A program made the translations under genes and the position numbers. Shown piece after piece: positions 9,923 to 18,842 of a stretch of 64,000 bases of DNA. The notes under the pieces are model-generated. The model was not told the DNA's origin and made no database searches. It was given only the letters and a program-made list of their open reading frames with translations. The DNA comes from a bacterium (GTDB lineage Bacteria > Bdellovibrionota_G > JALEGL01), in contig JALEGL010000006.1 of the NCBI GenBank assembly GCA_022763185.1, positions 175,087-239,086 of the forward strand, given 5' to 3'. The stretch's first letter is position 1. Each line of letters starts with the position of its first letter.

Positions 9923-10804
9923 TTGAAGCTTAAGTTACATCGTCTCTGGGAGAAAGTTGTTGCTAAGGTGATGATTTCTCCCACGCTTATTATCGCTATG
10001 GTCTTTATCTATGGCTTTATTGGATGGACGCTTTGGTTATCTATGACCAACTCTACATTGTTACCCAGTCATGAGTTTGTAGGCTTAAAACAATATTATA
10101 AACTTTTTCAAAACGATCGTTGGTGGGTGGCCATTAAAAATCTTGGGATTTTTAGTGTTTTGTATGTTGGGATGTGTATAGCCTTGGGTTTGGCTTTGGC
10201 TATTTTTTTAGATCAAAAAATTAGAATGGAAAATACCATTCGCAGCATCTACTTGTATCCAATGGCTTTATCTTTTATTGTGACTGGAACCGCCTGGAAA
10301 TGGATGCTTAATCCCAGTTATGGACTTGAAACAGTTTTGCAAAATCTGGGTTTTGCCAATGCCAGTTTTGATTGGTTGGTCAATCCCAAGATGGCCATTT
10401 ATACTGTGGTGATTGCAGCTGTTTGGCAATCTTCTGGTTTTGTGATGGCCTTGTTTTTATCAGGTTTAAGAGGTGTGGATGAAAAAATGATTCAGGCTGC
10501 CCAGATCGATGGTGCCAACGCATGGCAAATTTATCGTAAAATTATTATTCCAGGCATGTCACCGGTATTTTTTAGCGCCATTATGATTTTAACCCATATT
10601 GCCATTAAAAGTTTTGACTTGGTCATGGCTTTGACCCAAGGGGGACCAGGCTATGCTACAGAGTTGCCGGCAACCTTTATGTATACCTTTGCCTTTCAGC
10701 GCAGTAAAATGGCCATGGGCTCAGCCAGTGCTGTCATGATGTTAATGGCAGTCATGGCCATTATCGTTCCATTTGTTTATGCTCAAACCAAGGAGCCAAA
10801 ATAA
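9923..10804 (+). CDS. sugar ABC transporter permease (MalF/UgpA-like)
   Basis: 6-TM permease carrying the EAA-like loop QIDGANAWQIYRKIIIPGMSP. Confidence 0.8.
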   Translation: MKLKLHRLWEKVVAKVMISPTLIIAMVFIYGFIGWTLWLSMTNSTLLPSHEFVGLKQYYKLFQNDRWWVAIKNLGIFSVLYVGMCIALGLALAIFLDQKIRMENTIRSIYLYPMALSFIVTGTAWKWMLNPSYGLETVLQNLGFANASFDWLVNPKMAIYTVVIAAVWQSSGFVMALFLSGLRGVDEKMIQAAQIDGANAWQIYRKIIIPGMSPVFFSAIMILTHIAIKSFDLVMALTQGGPGYATELPATFMYTFAFQRSKMAMGSASAVMMLMAVMAIIVPFVYAQTKEPK

Positions 10805-11673
10805 TGCTAAAACACTCCCAAAGATCAAATATACTGATCCGTTGGTCAATATACACTGTCTTGATTGTGATGGCCGTATACTACTTAATTCCGTTTTTTA
10901 TTATGCTTATGACGTCTTTAAAAAGCATGGCAGATATTCGCTCGGGTAGTTTATTATCTTTACCCAAGAATATTGATTTTTCTGCCTGGTTTAGGGCATG
11001 GAATAGTGCGTGTGCCAGTATTGCCTGTGAGGGAGTGCGCCCTTATTTTTTTAATTCCATTAAAATTGTTGTTCCATCAGTTTTAATATCAACAGCCATT
11101 GGCGCTTTGAATGGTTATATATTTTCTCATTGGAAATTTAAAGGGTCTGATATTTGTTTTACGGCACTTTTGGTGGGCTGCTTTATTCCTTTTCAAATTA
11201 TCATTTTACCCATGGCGCAACTTTTAGGTAAAGTTGGTTTATCCAATTCTTATTGGGGCCTGGTTTTGGTGCACGTGATTTATGGTATTGCCGGTACAAC
11301 ATTATTTTTTAGAAACTATTATACCAATATCCCAGCAGAGTTGCTCAATGCAGCTAAAGTGGATGGGGCACATTTTTTCACCATTTTTTTTAAAATCCTA
11401 CTGCCTTTATCTGGACCTATCATTACGGTGACGGTTATTTGGCAGTTTACTCAAATATGGAATGACTTTTTATTTGGGGTTATTTTTTCTAGTGCCGATA
11501 CCCAACCCATTACGGTTGCTTTGAATAATTTGGTCAATGTTTCTATGGGAGAAAAAGAGTACAACGTGCATATGGCAGCAGCCATTATTGCGGCTATTCC
11601 AACACTCTTGGTGTATGTTTTAGCTGGCAAGTATTTTGTTAGAGGATTAACCGCAGGTTCAGTAAAAGGATAG
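10804..11673 (+). CDS. sugar ABC transporter permease (MalG/UgpE-like)
   Basis: Overlapping start (ATAATG). EAA-like loop AKVDGAHFFTIFFKILLPLSGP. Confidence 0.8.
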   Translation: MLKHSQRSNILIRWSIYTVLIVMAVYYLIPFFIMLMTSLKSMADIRSGSLLSLPKNIDFSAWFRAWNSACASIACEGVRPYFFNSIKIVVPSVLISTAIGALNGYIFSHWKFKGSDICFTALLVGCFIPFQIIILPMAQLLGKVGLSNSYWGLVLVHVIYGIAGTTLFFRNYYTNIPAELLNAAKVDGAHFFTIFFKILLPLSGPIITVTVIWQFTQIWNDFLFGVIFSSADTQPITVALNNLVNVSMGEKEYNVHMAAAIIAAIPTLLVYVLAGKYFVRGLTAGSVKG

Positions 11674-11681
11674 ACGAAGAA

Positions 11682-12773
11682 ATGACACAAGCCTTACAAA
11701 TCAATAATTTAAATAAATCCTTTGGCCAGCAGCAGATTTTAAAAAATATCAATCTGTCTTTACAGGCTGGAGAGTTTTTAATTTTGGTGGGCCCCAGTGG
11801 TTGTGGCAAGAGTACCTTGCTCAATTGTATTGCCGGTTTAGAAAACCCAGATTCTGGCGATATCGTTATTTCAGATAAAAACGTAACGGACCTTCTACCC
11901 AAAGACAGAGACATTGCCATGGTCTTTCAATCTTATGCTTTGTACCCCAATATGACAGTAAGAGAGAACTTAGCTTTTGGTATGAAGATGCGTAAGCGTT
12001 CTAAAGCGTATATTAATCAAAAAATTGATGAAGTGGCCAAGTCATTGGAGATAGAACATTTATTGTCCCGAAAACCGGCCAAGCTATCTGGTGGACAACG
12101 TCAGCGCGTGGCTATGGGCAGAGCCATGGCCAGAACGCCTTCTTTGTTTTTATTTGATGAACCTTTAAGTAACCTAGATGCAAAGTTGCGCGTAGGCATG
12201 CGTAAAGAAATTAGGCAACTGCATGATAGCCAAAATTGTGCAACAGTATATGTGACTCATGATCAAATTGAGGCCATGACCTTGGGAGACAGGGTTGCCG
12301 TGATGAAAGAGGGGGAAGTGGTACAATTGGATACCCCAGAAAATATTTATGCGCATCCGGTCAATACCTATGTTGCACAATTTATGGGATCGCCCAGTAT
12401 GAATATTTTTGAAACAAAAATTATCAATAAAAATCAAAAAAGATTTCTGCTCCTTGAGTCAACCGACGCAAACTATGAATTAGAAGCACCACAAAAACTT
12501 ACAGAGCATGAAAAAGTTTTATTGGGCATACGGCCAGAAGGGATGACTTCAAAGCCTAGTAGAACTTTAGACCCTTTTGAAATAAAAAGTGCAGTAGAAT
12601 TTACTGAGCCCACTGGTGCAGATACCTTGGTTCACACCACCATTAATAATAAACCGGCAGTGGCCAGGTGCAGGCCAAAACACGTGTGTGCAAAAGGTGA
12701 GAGCATGAGTTTGTATTTAAACCAAGCCAATTTTTTGTTTTTTGATCCAAACACCGGAGAAAGAATTCATTAA
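11682..12773 (+). CDS. sugar ABC transporter ATP-binding protein (MalK/UgpC-like with C-terminal TOBE-like domain)
   Basis: Walker A GPSGCGKST, signature LSGGQRQRVAMGRA and Walker B LFLFDEPLSNLD are intact. Confidence 0.85.
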   Translation: MTQALQINNLNKSFGQQQILKNINLSLQAGEFLILVGPSGCGKSTLLNCIAGLENPDSGDIVISDKNVTDLLPKDRDIAMVFQSYALYPNMTVRENLAFGMKMRKRSKAYINQKIDEVAKSLEIEHLLSRKPAKLSGGQRQRVAMGRAMARTPSLFLFDEPLSNLDAKLRVGMRKEIRQLHDSQNCATVYVTHDQIEAMTLGDRVAVMKEGEVVQLDTPENIYAHPVNTYVAQFMGSPSMNIFETKIINKNQKRFLLLESTDANYELEAPQKLTEHEKVLLGIRPEGMTSKPSRTLDPFEIKSAVEFTEPTGADTLVHTTINNKPAVARCRPKHVCAKGESMSLYLNQANFLFFDPNTGERIH

Positions 12774-12932
12774 ATACAGCAACGCCCTCAAAAGATGGAG
12801 CTTGGCTTTTAGGCTTTGGTTTAATTTCAGATTTTAAAGATATCCATTGGTTTTTAGCGCATAATCGTATACGTTTTCGAGCTTTCGTCGTAATTTTATA
12901 GAATAAAATAAGTTCTTATTAGGGAATGTATT

Positions 12933-14522
12933 ATGGAAGCTAAATCAAATATTATAAATTCATATCAAGGCAGTATCCAGAGTGATATTTTCTCTGGTAT
13001 CACCGTAGCATTGGCTTTGGTTCCAGAAGCTGTAGCTTTTGCGTTTGTTGCAGGCGTATCGCCCATTGTAGGTTTGTATGGAGCATTTATGATGTGTTTA
13101 ATCACATCTATTTTTGGTGGACGCCCAGGCATGATTTCAGGGGCTACTGGGGCAATGGCGGTTGTGATGGTTCATTTGGTCAGTGAAGGAAATGCCTTGG
13201 GGCCTGCTGGTGCATACACCGGCGTACAGTATCTGTTTTTAACACTTTTACTGGTTGGAATACTGCAAGCTTTGGCAGGAATATTTAAAATGGGTAAACT
13301 GATTCGATTGGTGCCCAGCCCGGTAATGATGGGTTTTGTCAATGGCTTGGCTATTGTTATCTTCTTGTCTCAATTGAACATGCTTAAAGTGAATGGACAG
13401 TGGTTGGCTGGTCAAACAATGCTGACCATGCTGATATTGATTGGCATAACTTTGATTTTACTGTTTTTAATTCCAAAAATTCATAAAAAAGCACCCGGCG
13501 CGTTGATCGCAATTATTGTGGTTACACTCTTGGTTCTTGCCCTTAAGCTGGATACATCAACGGTACTTTCTTTTATTCAGTCTAATGGAGGAACAGGAAT
13601 TAAGGGGCAGTTGCCCAGCTTTCATTTTCCTAAAGTGGCAATGAACCTGACTACTCTTCAGTTTATTTTTCCTTATGCCATGATTTTGGCAGCCATTGGT
13701 TTGATTGAGTCGCTGATGACCTTAAACCTTATTGATGATTTAACCAAAACTCGCGGTAATGGCAACAAGGAATGCATTGCACAGGGTTTAGGGAACTTTG
13801 TTAACGGTCTGTTTGGTGGCATGGGAGGCTGTGCAATGATTGGACAAAGTATGATTAATATAAGTTCAGGAGGAAGGGGAAGGTTATCAGGTATTACGGC
13901 CGCTTTATCTTTATTGGTGTTTATTTTATTTGGCTCTCAATACATTGAAGCAGTTCCTATTGCAGCGTTGGTAGGCGTTATGTTTTTTGTGGTATTTAAA
14001 ACCTTTGCTTGGAACACATTTAAAATTATAAACAAAGTTCCAAAATGGGATGTAGCCATTATTATTATTGTTACAGTTTTAACTGTTGTATTTGATTTAG
14101 CTATTGCGGTAGTCAGTGGAGTTATTATTTCAGCACTTTTATTTTCTTGGGAAAATGCATTACGAATCAGAGCCCGCAAACGCATTGATGAAAAAGGAAT
14201 CAAGCATTATGAAATTTATGGACCTTTGTTTTTTGGTTCAACAGCGCTGTTTGCCAGTAAATTTGATGCAGAGAACGATCCGGATGAAGTTATTATTGAT
14301 TTTAAAGACTCACGAGTGATGGATCAGTCTGCTATAGAAATCATCAATAAAATTGCTGAAGACTATTTAAAACATGGTAAAAACATTCACCTTAGACATT
14401 TGAGTAAAGATTGCACAAGACTGATCAAAAAAGCAGAAAAAATTTGTGATGTGAATGTTCTGGAAGATCCAGATTATTTTGTCAGTATTGATAATTATAA
14501 ACAGTACAAGTTAAGTCGGTAA
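12933..14522 (+). CDS. SulP family inorganic anion transporter with C-terminal STAS domain
   Basis: GITVALALVPEAVAFAFVAGVSP, then multiple TM segments, then a C-terminal STAS-like region (IIDFKDSRVMDQSAIEII). Confidence 0.85.
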   Translation: MEAKSNIINSYQGSIQSDIFSGITVALALVPEAVAFAFVAGVSPIVGLYGAFMMCLITSIFGGRPGMISGATGAMAVVMVHLVSEGNALGPAGAYTGVQYLFLTLLLVGILQALAGIFKMGKLIRLVPSPVMMGFVNGLAIVIFLSQLNMLKVNGQWLAGQTMLTMLILIGITLILLFLIPKIHKKAPGALIAIIVVTLLVLALKLDTSTVLSFIQSNGGTGIKGQLPSFHFPKVAMNLTTLQFIFPYAMILAAIGLIESLMTLNLIDDLTKTRGNGNKECIAQGLGNFVNGLFGGMGGCAMIGQSMINISSGGRGRLSGITAALSLLVFILFGSQYIEAVPIAALVGVMFFVVFKTFAWNTFKIINKVPKWDVAIIIIVTVLTVVFDLAIAVVSGVIISALLFSWENALRIRARKRIDEKGIKHYEIYGPLFFGSTALFASKFDAENDPDEVIIDFKDSRVMDQSAIEIINKIAEDYLKHGKNIHLRHLSKDCTRLIKKAEKICDVNVLEDPDYFVSIDNYKQYKLSR

Positions 14523-14701
14523 AGTTATTCTTAGAATAATATTTATGCAGGTAAAAAATAAACTGCGCTAAACTATGCAAAGCTAGCAAATCTTTTATTT
14601 AGAGCTTTAAAGGTTCTAACCATTATGAGTCTATAGTTGAACTAAGAATATTAGAGTTTAAATATTCATCATATCTATACGGAGAAGGTGTAAAGAAAAA
14701 A

Positions 14702-15121
14702 ATGACATGTTCTGAAGTCATAAAAAAATACAAACTGTACCCGGAACCTTGGAGAAGTAAGTTGTTAAAGTTAAGAGAGTTGATTTTTGCAACAGCAGAA
14801 AAAAACCAACACATTGATGGTCTCATAGAATCTTTAAAATGGGGTGAACCTAGCTATACGCCAAGACAAAAAAACATAGGAACATCCCTTAGACTGAGTT
14901 GGTCAAAAAAGAAACCCCATCAGTATGGAATATATGTGCCTTGTCAAAGCAATTTAATTGCCCAGTATCAATTAATGTTTGGTGAAACGTTAAACTATGA
15001 AGGCAAACGAGGCTTGATTTTTTATGAAAAAGACAGACTTCCTAAAAAAACCATTGAAGCCTGCATTCATATGGCACTTAATTATCACTTGAACAAAAAA
15101 ACAATCAGGCATAAATTTTAA
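14702..15121 (+). CDS. hypothetical protein (DUF1801/YdhG-like?)
   Basis: 139-aa product. The family assignment is a weak impression from the WGEPSY motif only. Confidence 0.4.
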   Translation: MTCSEVIKKYKLYPEPWRSKLLKLRELIFATAEKNQHIDGLIESLKWGEPSYTPRQKNIGTSLRLSWSKKKPHQYGIYVPCQSNLIAQYQLMFGETLNYEGKRGLIFYEKDRLPKKTIEACIHMALNYHLNKKTIRHKF

Positions 15122-15123
15122 AT

Positions 15124-15720
15124 ATGCATATTGACTACATCAAATTAATTGGCAATCAGATTAACGCGTACTTTGAAGACCTTGCACATTTAAGAATAAC
15201 CATCTTTAGAGAGTTTCCTTATCTTTATGAAGGTAGCTATGCTGAGGAAAAACAATACATAAAGACCTATCAAAACTCTAAAAAAAGTTTACTTGTCTTG
15301 GCCAAGCATAATGATCAAATTATCGGGGCCACAACGTGTATACCTATGGCAGATGAAACAGAAGAATTTTATCAAAGCTTTTTAGATTATAAAATAGATA
15401 TAAGCCAAGTATTTTATTTTGGTGAGTCCGTTATTTTAAAAGAATTTAGAGGCAATAAAATAGGTCATGAATTTTTTAAACTTAGAGAAAGCCATGCCAA
15501 ACAGCACATGCAAGATTTAAAGTACACAAGTTTTTGCGCAGTGGACAGAGCAAAAGATCATCCTTTAAGACCAGATGACTACACACCACTGAATAACTTT
15601 TGGCAGAGAATGGGATATAAAAAACATGATGACATGAAAGTCTATTATTCATGGAAAGATGTTGATCGACAACAAGAAGATACAAAAGCAATGACTGTTT
15701 GGTTGAAACAGTGGGCTTAA
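15124..15720 (+). CDS. GNAT family N-acetyltransferase
   Basis: ILKEFRGNKIGHEFF matches the acetyl-CoA-binding motif A. Confidence 0.6.
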   Translation: MHIDYIKLIGNQINAYFEDLAHLRITIFREFPYLYEGSYAEEKQYIKTYQNSKKSLLVLAKHNDQIIGATTCIPMADETEEFYQSFLDYKIDISQVFYFGESVILKEFRGNKIGHEFFKLRESHAKQHMQDLKYTSFCAVDRAKDHPLRPDDYTPLNNFWQRMGYKKHDDMKVYYSWKDVDRQQEDTKAMTVWLKQWA

Positions 15721-15806
15721 GTCGTTAAATAAAGACGAACTAGTTCGATCCCAAGACAATCTTGAGCAAAAAATCATAGCAAAAGTAAACACAAATATAA
15801 GGTGGT

Positions 15807-15882
15807 TGGTGGAGCCTAGGGGGATCGAACCCCTGACCTCAACGCTGCCAGCGTTGCGCTCTCCCAGCTGAGCTAAGGCCCC
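15807..15882 (-). tRNA. tRNA-Ala (anticodon GGC)
   Basis: The reverse complement GGGGCCTTAGCTCAGCTGGGAGAGCGCAACGCTGGCAGCGTTGAGGTCAGGGGTTCGATCCCCCTAGGCTCCACCA folds as a cloverleaf with a G3:U70 pair and anticodon loop CTGGCAG. The CCA end is encoded. Confidence 0.85.
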
Positions 15883-15949
15883 GTAAGATATATGTGCTTA
15901 TATGGTATTTGAGCAAAGATGCAAATTTTTTTTTTGAGCGGCATCAATT

Positions 15950-16681
15950 TTACCAGGCAATTTTTTTGCCATCTGCAAAAAAATGACCCGTAGGACCACC
16001 CTTTGGAAGTTGTGCCGCCCAGAGTATGCCTGGTATAGCTTCTTCTACACTTCTATCTGCATAGGGACTGCCCATATCTGTGCGGACCCAGCCGGGACTG
16101 ATACAGTTAACATTGATGGAATAGGATTTAAAGTCTTGGGCTAAGATCGAGGTGATGGCATTGAGGGCGGTTTTAGACACACGGTAAGCAGCGTAATTGG
16201 CTTGCATGCTATCGATTTGTCCCATGCGTGAAGAAACGTTGACTACATTGGCATGCGGAGACTTTTTTAATAAGGGCAATAAAGCATGGCTGAGATAATA
16301 AGGGGCTAAACTGTTGACGGTGAAAGCAGAATGAAACTGTGATTGCTTTTCTGGTACTGAAATTGAATTTTGTTGCAGGAGAGGGTCATCAGCGCCAATT
16401 TTTGGGCCAGGCAAGATACCAGCGTTGTTAATAAGGATATTCAAATGCGAAGTGTAGTTCTGAACAGACTCTAAGAGTAAAGGAATTTCTTCTAAATTGT
16501 TTAAATCAAAAACAAGGGGAATGGCGCGGTCAGAGTTTAAATTTTGGGCAGACTGTTCCACTGCTTTGGATCTTTTGCCCAACATCAGCACTGTATAATC
16601 TTGTTTAAGTAATGCCTCACAAAGACCAAAGCCAATGCCTCTGTTGGCACCGGTAACCAAGGCAACGTTTTGTTTTACCAT
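15950..16681 (-). CDS. SDR family NAD(P)-dependent oxidoreductase
   Basis: TGANRGIGFG cofactor motif, NNAG motif, and the S...YRVSK catalytic motif. Confidence 0.85.
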   Translation of the reverse strand: MVKQNVALVTGANRGIGFGLCEALLKQDYTVLMLGKRSKAVEQSAQNLNSDRAIPLVFDLNNLEEIPLLLESVQNYTSHLNILINNAGILPGPKIGADDPLLQQNSISVPEKQSQFHSAFTVNSLAPYYLSHALLPLLKKSPHANVVNVSSRMGQIDSMQANYAAYRVSKTALNAITSILAQDFKSYSINVNCISPGWVRTDMGSPYADRSVEEAIPGILWAAQLPKGGPTGHFFADGKKIAW

Positions 16682-16703
16682 GATGTCCAGTATAAAAATG
16701 TAA

Positions 16704-17084
16704 TCAGTCCGCTTTTTTTGCAGATGCGGTCTTTTTGGTTTTTTTGCGACTTGCTTTGGGTTTTACTGGGGCTTCATCCTCAACTTCTATTTTTGAATTG
16801 GTGATGTCTTTGAGTTTACTGGATTGGCTATTAATTCGATTGTTGATGGCAACCACTTTTTCACTTAAGGCTTTGAGCTCTGCATTTTTAATTTTATTGC
16901 TTTCCACCAATTCAAGTGCTTTTTCACCTAAAACCATGAGATGTTGCTGTTTTTCTTTTTCTAAAAAGGTCTTATCCAGTTTAACCTTACCAATATGAAA
17001 AAAGCGATCAGACTCATTTTTACATAGTTTTAGTTTTTCAAGGGCCTTATCCCAAAAAGAAAGCGCTTTATCTTGATCATTCAT
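16704..17084 (-). CDS. hypothetical coiled-coil protein with lysine-rich C-terminal tail
   Basis: The internal Met (MNDQDKALSFWDK...) is chosen because the longer ORF overlaps pgsA. The C-terminus reads KPKASRKKTKKTASAKKAD, like a histone H1 tail. Confidence 0.45.
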   Translation of the reverse strand: MNDQDKALSFWDKALEKLKLCKNESDRFFHIGKVKLDKTFLEKEKQQHLMVLGEKALELVESNKIKNAELKALSEKVVAINNRINSQSSKLKDITNSKIEVEDEAPVKPKASRKKTKKTASAKKAD

Positions 17085-17109
17085 ACAATTATTGTAACAA
17101 ATTAGCCGG

Positions 17110-17730
17110 CTAAGTGGCAGTATTTTTTGTATTTTTAACGAAAAGGTAAAAGTACTCACCAGCAGAAAATACAGAAAGGCCTGTAGCAATGTACAGCAGG
17201 ACTAAGCCTAACTCAGAAGCAAGGATGTTGTATTGCTTAAGGAGTATAACTTTGCCTAACAATAAAAGTGCAATCGCAAACGATTGAACCATGGTTTTAC
17301 TTTTACCTAAACCGCTGGACAAAATTTGAACACCTCGCTGCATGGCAATACTTCGTAAGGTGTTGATGATCAATTCTCGTCCAATCAGCACAATCACCAA
17401 CCAAACCATCACCAAATCTTGCCCCATGAGTAATAATAAAGCACTGGTGACCATGAGCTTATCAGCCATAGGGTCTAGGACTTTGCCTAAAAAAGTGATC
17501 TGACCGGTTTTACGAGCAATATAACCGTCCAAAAAATCAGTGAACATGGCCAAAGAAAAAATAAGACAAGAATAAAACTTAATAGACTGGTGGGTCTCCA
17601 AATAACTGAAAACAAAATAGAGTAAAGGAATCAGCAATAAACGGCCCATACTCAGACAATTGGGTAGAGTTAATACTTTGTTGTGGGTTTTAGAAAGACT
17701 GTAAGTTTGTTGCGGTGTTGCTGGCTTCAA
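17110..17730 (-). CDS. pgsA: CDP-diacylglycerol--glycerol-3-phosphate 3-phosphatidyltransferase
   Basis: CDP-alcohol phosphatidyltransferase motif DFLDGYIARKTGQITFLGKVLDPMADKLMV. Confidence 0.8.
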   Translation of the reverse strand: MKPATPQQTYSLSKTHNKVLTLPNCLSMGRLLLIPLLYFVFSYLETHQSIKFYSCLIFSLAMFTDFLDGYIARKTGQITFLGKVLDPMADKLMVTSALLLLMGQDLVMVWLVIVLIGRELIINTLRSIAMQRGVQILSSGLGKSKTMVQSFAIALLLLGKVILLKQYNILASELGLVLLYIATGLSVFSAGEYFYLFVKNTKNTAT

Positions 17731-18319
17731 AGTGAGTGTAATACTGTCTTACCTTTTTGATATAGTCAATAGTTTCTTGATAGGGAGGCACACCTTTGTA
17801 CTTGTTAACAGCAGTGGTTCCAGCATTATAGGCAGCCAAGGCATGATCCATGTCTTGGTATTGGCTCAATAAAGTACGTAAAAGTTTTAAACCAGCGCGT
17901 AAGTTTTGTTCAGGGTCAAAAGAGTTTTTTACTTGCAGTTGCGCCGCAGTTTTTGGCATCAACTGCATTAAGCCTTGAGCCCCCTTTTTTGAAACCGCCA
18001 TAGGGTCAAAATTGGATTCTGCTTTGATCACAGCTTTAGCCAAAGCCACTGAAATATTGTATTTTGGCGCTAAAGTATGAATGAGCTGAGTGATGTCGCG
18101 TTGTGGCACTGCGGGCTTTTGTTTTTTAACTAGCTTGTGTTGGATAATAATACGCGAGGATTTTAAAGTTTTCTTTTCTGCTTGTACATGGTTGGGTGGG
18201 GCGTTGGTGTAGACTTTTTTACCATTAACGTAGTAAATATACAGTGAGTTGGCATGAACTGTAGAAAAAACACAAAAAAAGATATTAAGTAATACAGTGT
18301 AATTAAAAATAGAATTCAT
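17690..18319 (-). CDS. lytic transglycosylase (SLT domain) with signal peptide
   Basis: ESNFDPMAVSKKGAQGLMQLMP contains the catalytic Glu-Ser plus the GLMQ motif. Confidence 0.75.
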   Translation of the reverse strand: MNSIFNYTVLLNIFFCVFSTVHANSLYIYYVNGKKVYTNAPPNHVQAEKKTLKSSRIIIQHKLVKKQKPAVPQRDITQLIHTLAPKYNISVALAKAVIKAESNFDPMAVSKKGAQGLMQLMPKTAAQLQVKNSFDPEQNLRAGLKLLRTLLSQYQDMDHALAAYNAGTTAVNKYKGVPPYQETIDYIKKVRQYYTHFEASNTATNLQSF

Positions 18320-18515
18320 AATAAAAATAATTTGTTGAATTTATATAAAAGTTTACCATTTTTTTAAAAAAAGTAAAAAATAAATTTAATTCTTTTTAAT
18401 TAAATAGTTATGAAAAAAATAAAAGCATGAATAAAGCTTGATTTTGCACTATATATATGGAAACATAGGGCAATCAATGGCAATTTAATAGTTTATTGTA
18501 CAAAGGATGTATACA

Positions 18516-18686
18516 ATGTCACGTAAAAAAATATCTACTACAGTGTATATCACTGAAGAACAAAATGAAATGCTCAAGTTATTAAATAAAAAAACCAAAG
18601 TCCCCATTGCAGAGTATATCAGACAAGGTATTGACCTTGTCTTAAAAGAATACGAAAACGAAATCCCAGGTCAAATGACATTTTAA
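18516..18686 (+). CDS. small ribbon-helix-helix (CopG/Arc/MetJ-like) DNA-binding protein, 57 aa
   Basis: MSRKKISTTVYITEEQNEMLKLLNKKTKVPIAEYIRQGIDLVLKEYENEIPGQMTF fits a beta-strand then two helices. AAGGA lies 8 nt upstream of the ATG. Not in the supplied ORF track (under 60 aa). Confidence 0.5.
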   Translation: MSRKKISTTVYITEEQNEMLKLLNKKTKVPIAEYIRQGIDLVLKEYENEIPGQMTF

Positions 18687-18703
18687 CTTAGTTTTATCAA
18701 CCA

Positions 18704-18734
18704 GTACCCAAAGGTACCGGCTACCTTTGGGTAC
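18704..18734. repeat. palindromic REP-like element: 13-bp perfect arms GTACCCAAAGGTA / TACCTTTGGGTAC around a CCGGC core
   Basis: Read directly from the sequence. It shares the exact 18-mer CCGGCTACCTTTGGGTAC with 43001-43018. Confidence 0.55.
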
Positions 18735-18842
18735 AAAACACAATACAAATGAAACAATCCTTTTCATATGTACTCCCTTTATGCAAAAGCTAATATATGT
18801 TGTCTTTTGCTATTGAAATAAGGTACGAAGCCAGAGTTATTT

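Noticed and set aside
14523-14560. AT-only inverted repeat TTATTC-TTA-GAATAA after the SulP gene, considered as a terminator
   Set aside because: The stem is composed solely of A/T pairs, which makes it too weak to call.
15741-15760. GTTCGATCCC T-arm-like 10-mer on the plus strand near the tRNA-Ala gene, considered as an integration att remnant
   Set aside because: The match is only about 10 nt, and no integrase, direct repeat of the tRNA 3' end or foreign-looking genes flank the tRNA.
17101-17125. TGGCAG-N5-TTTGT and other TGGCAC-like motifs (for example 44118, 52004), considered as sigma-54 promoters
   Set aside because: All lie inside coding regions, and the -12 element does not match GC. 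None is positioned upstream of a plausible target gene.
16704-17189. Longest-ORF starts that overlap upstream genes (16704-17189 versus pgsA; 59145-60197 ispH; 22975 pyrB; 43011 murA; 62562-63113; 63129)
   Set aside because: Internal start codons reproduce the family-typical N-termini and remove gene overlaps, so the trimmed coordinates are used.
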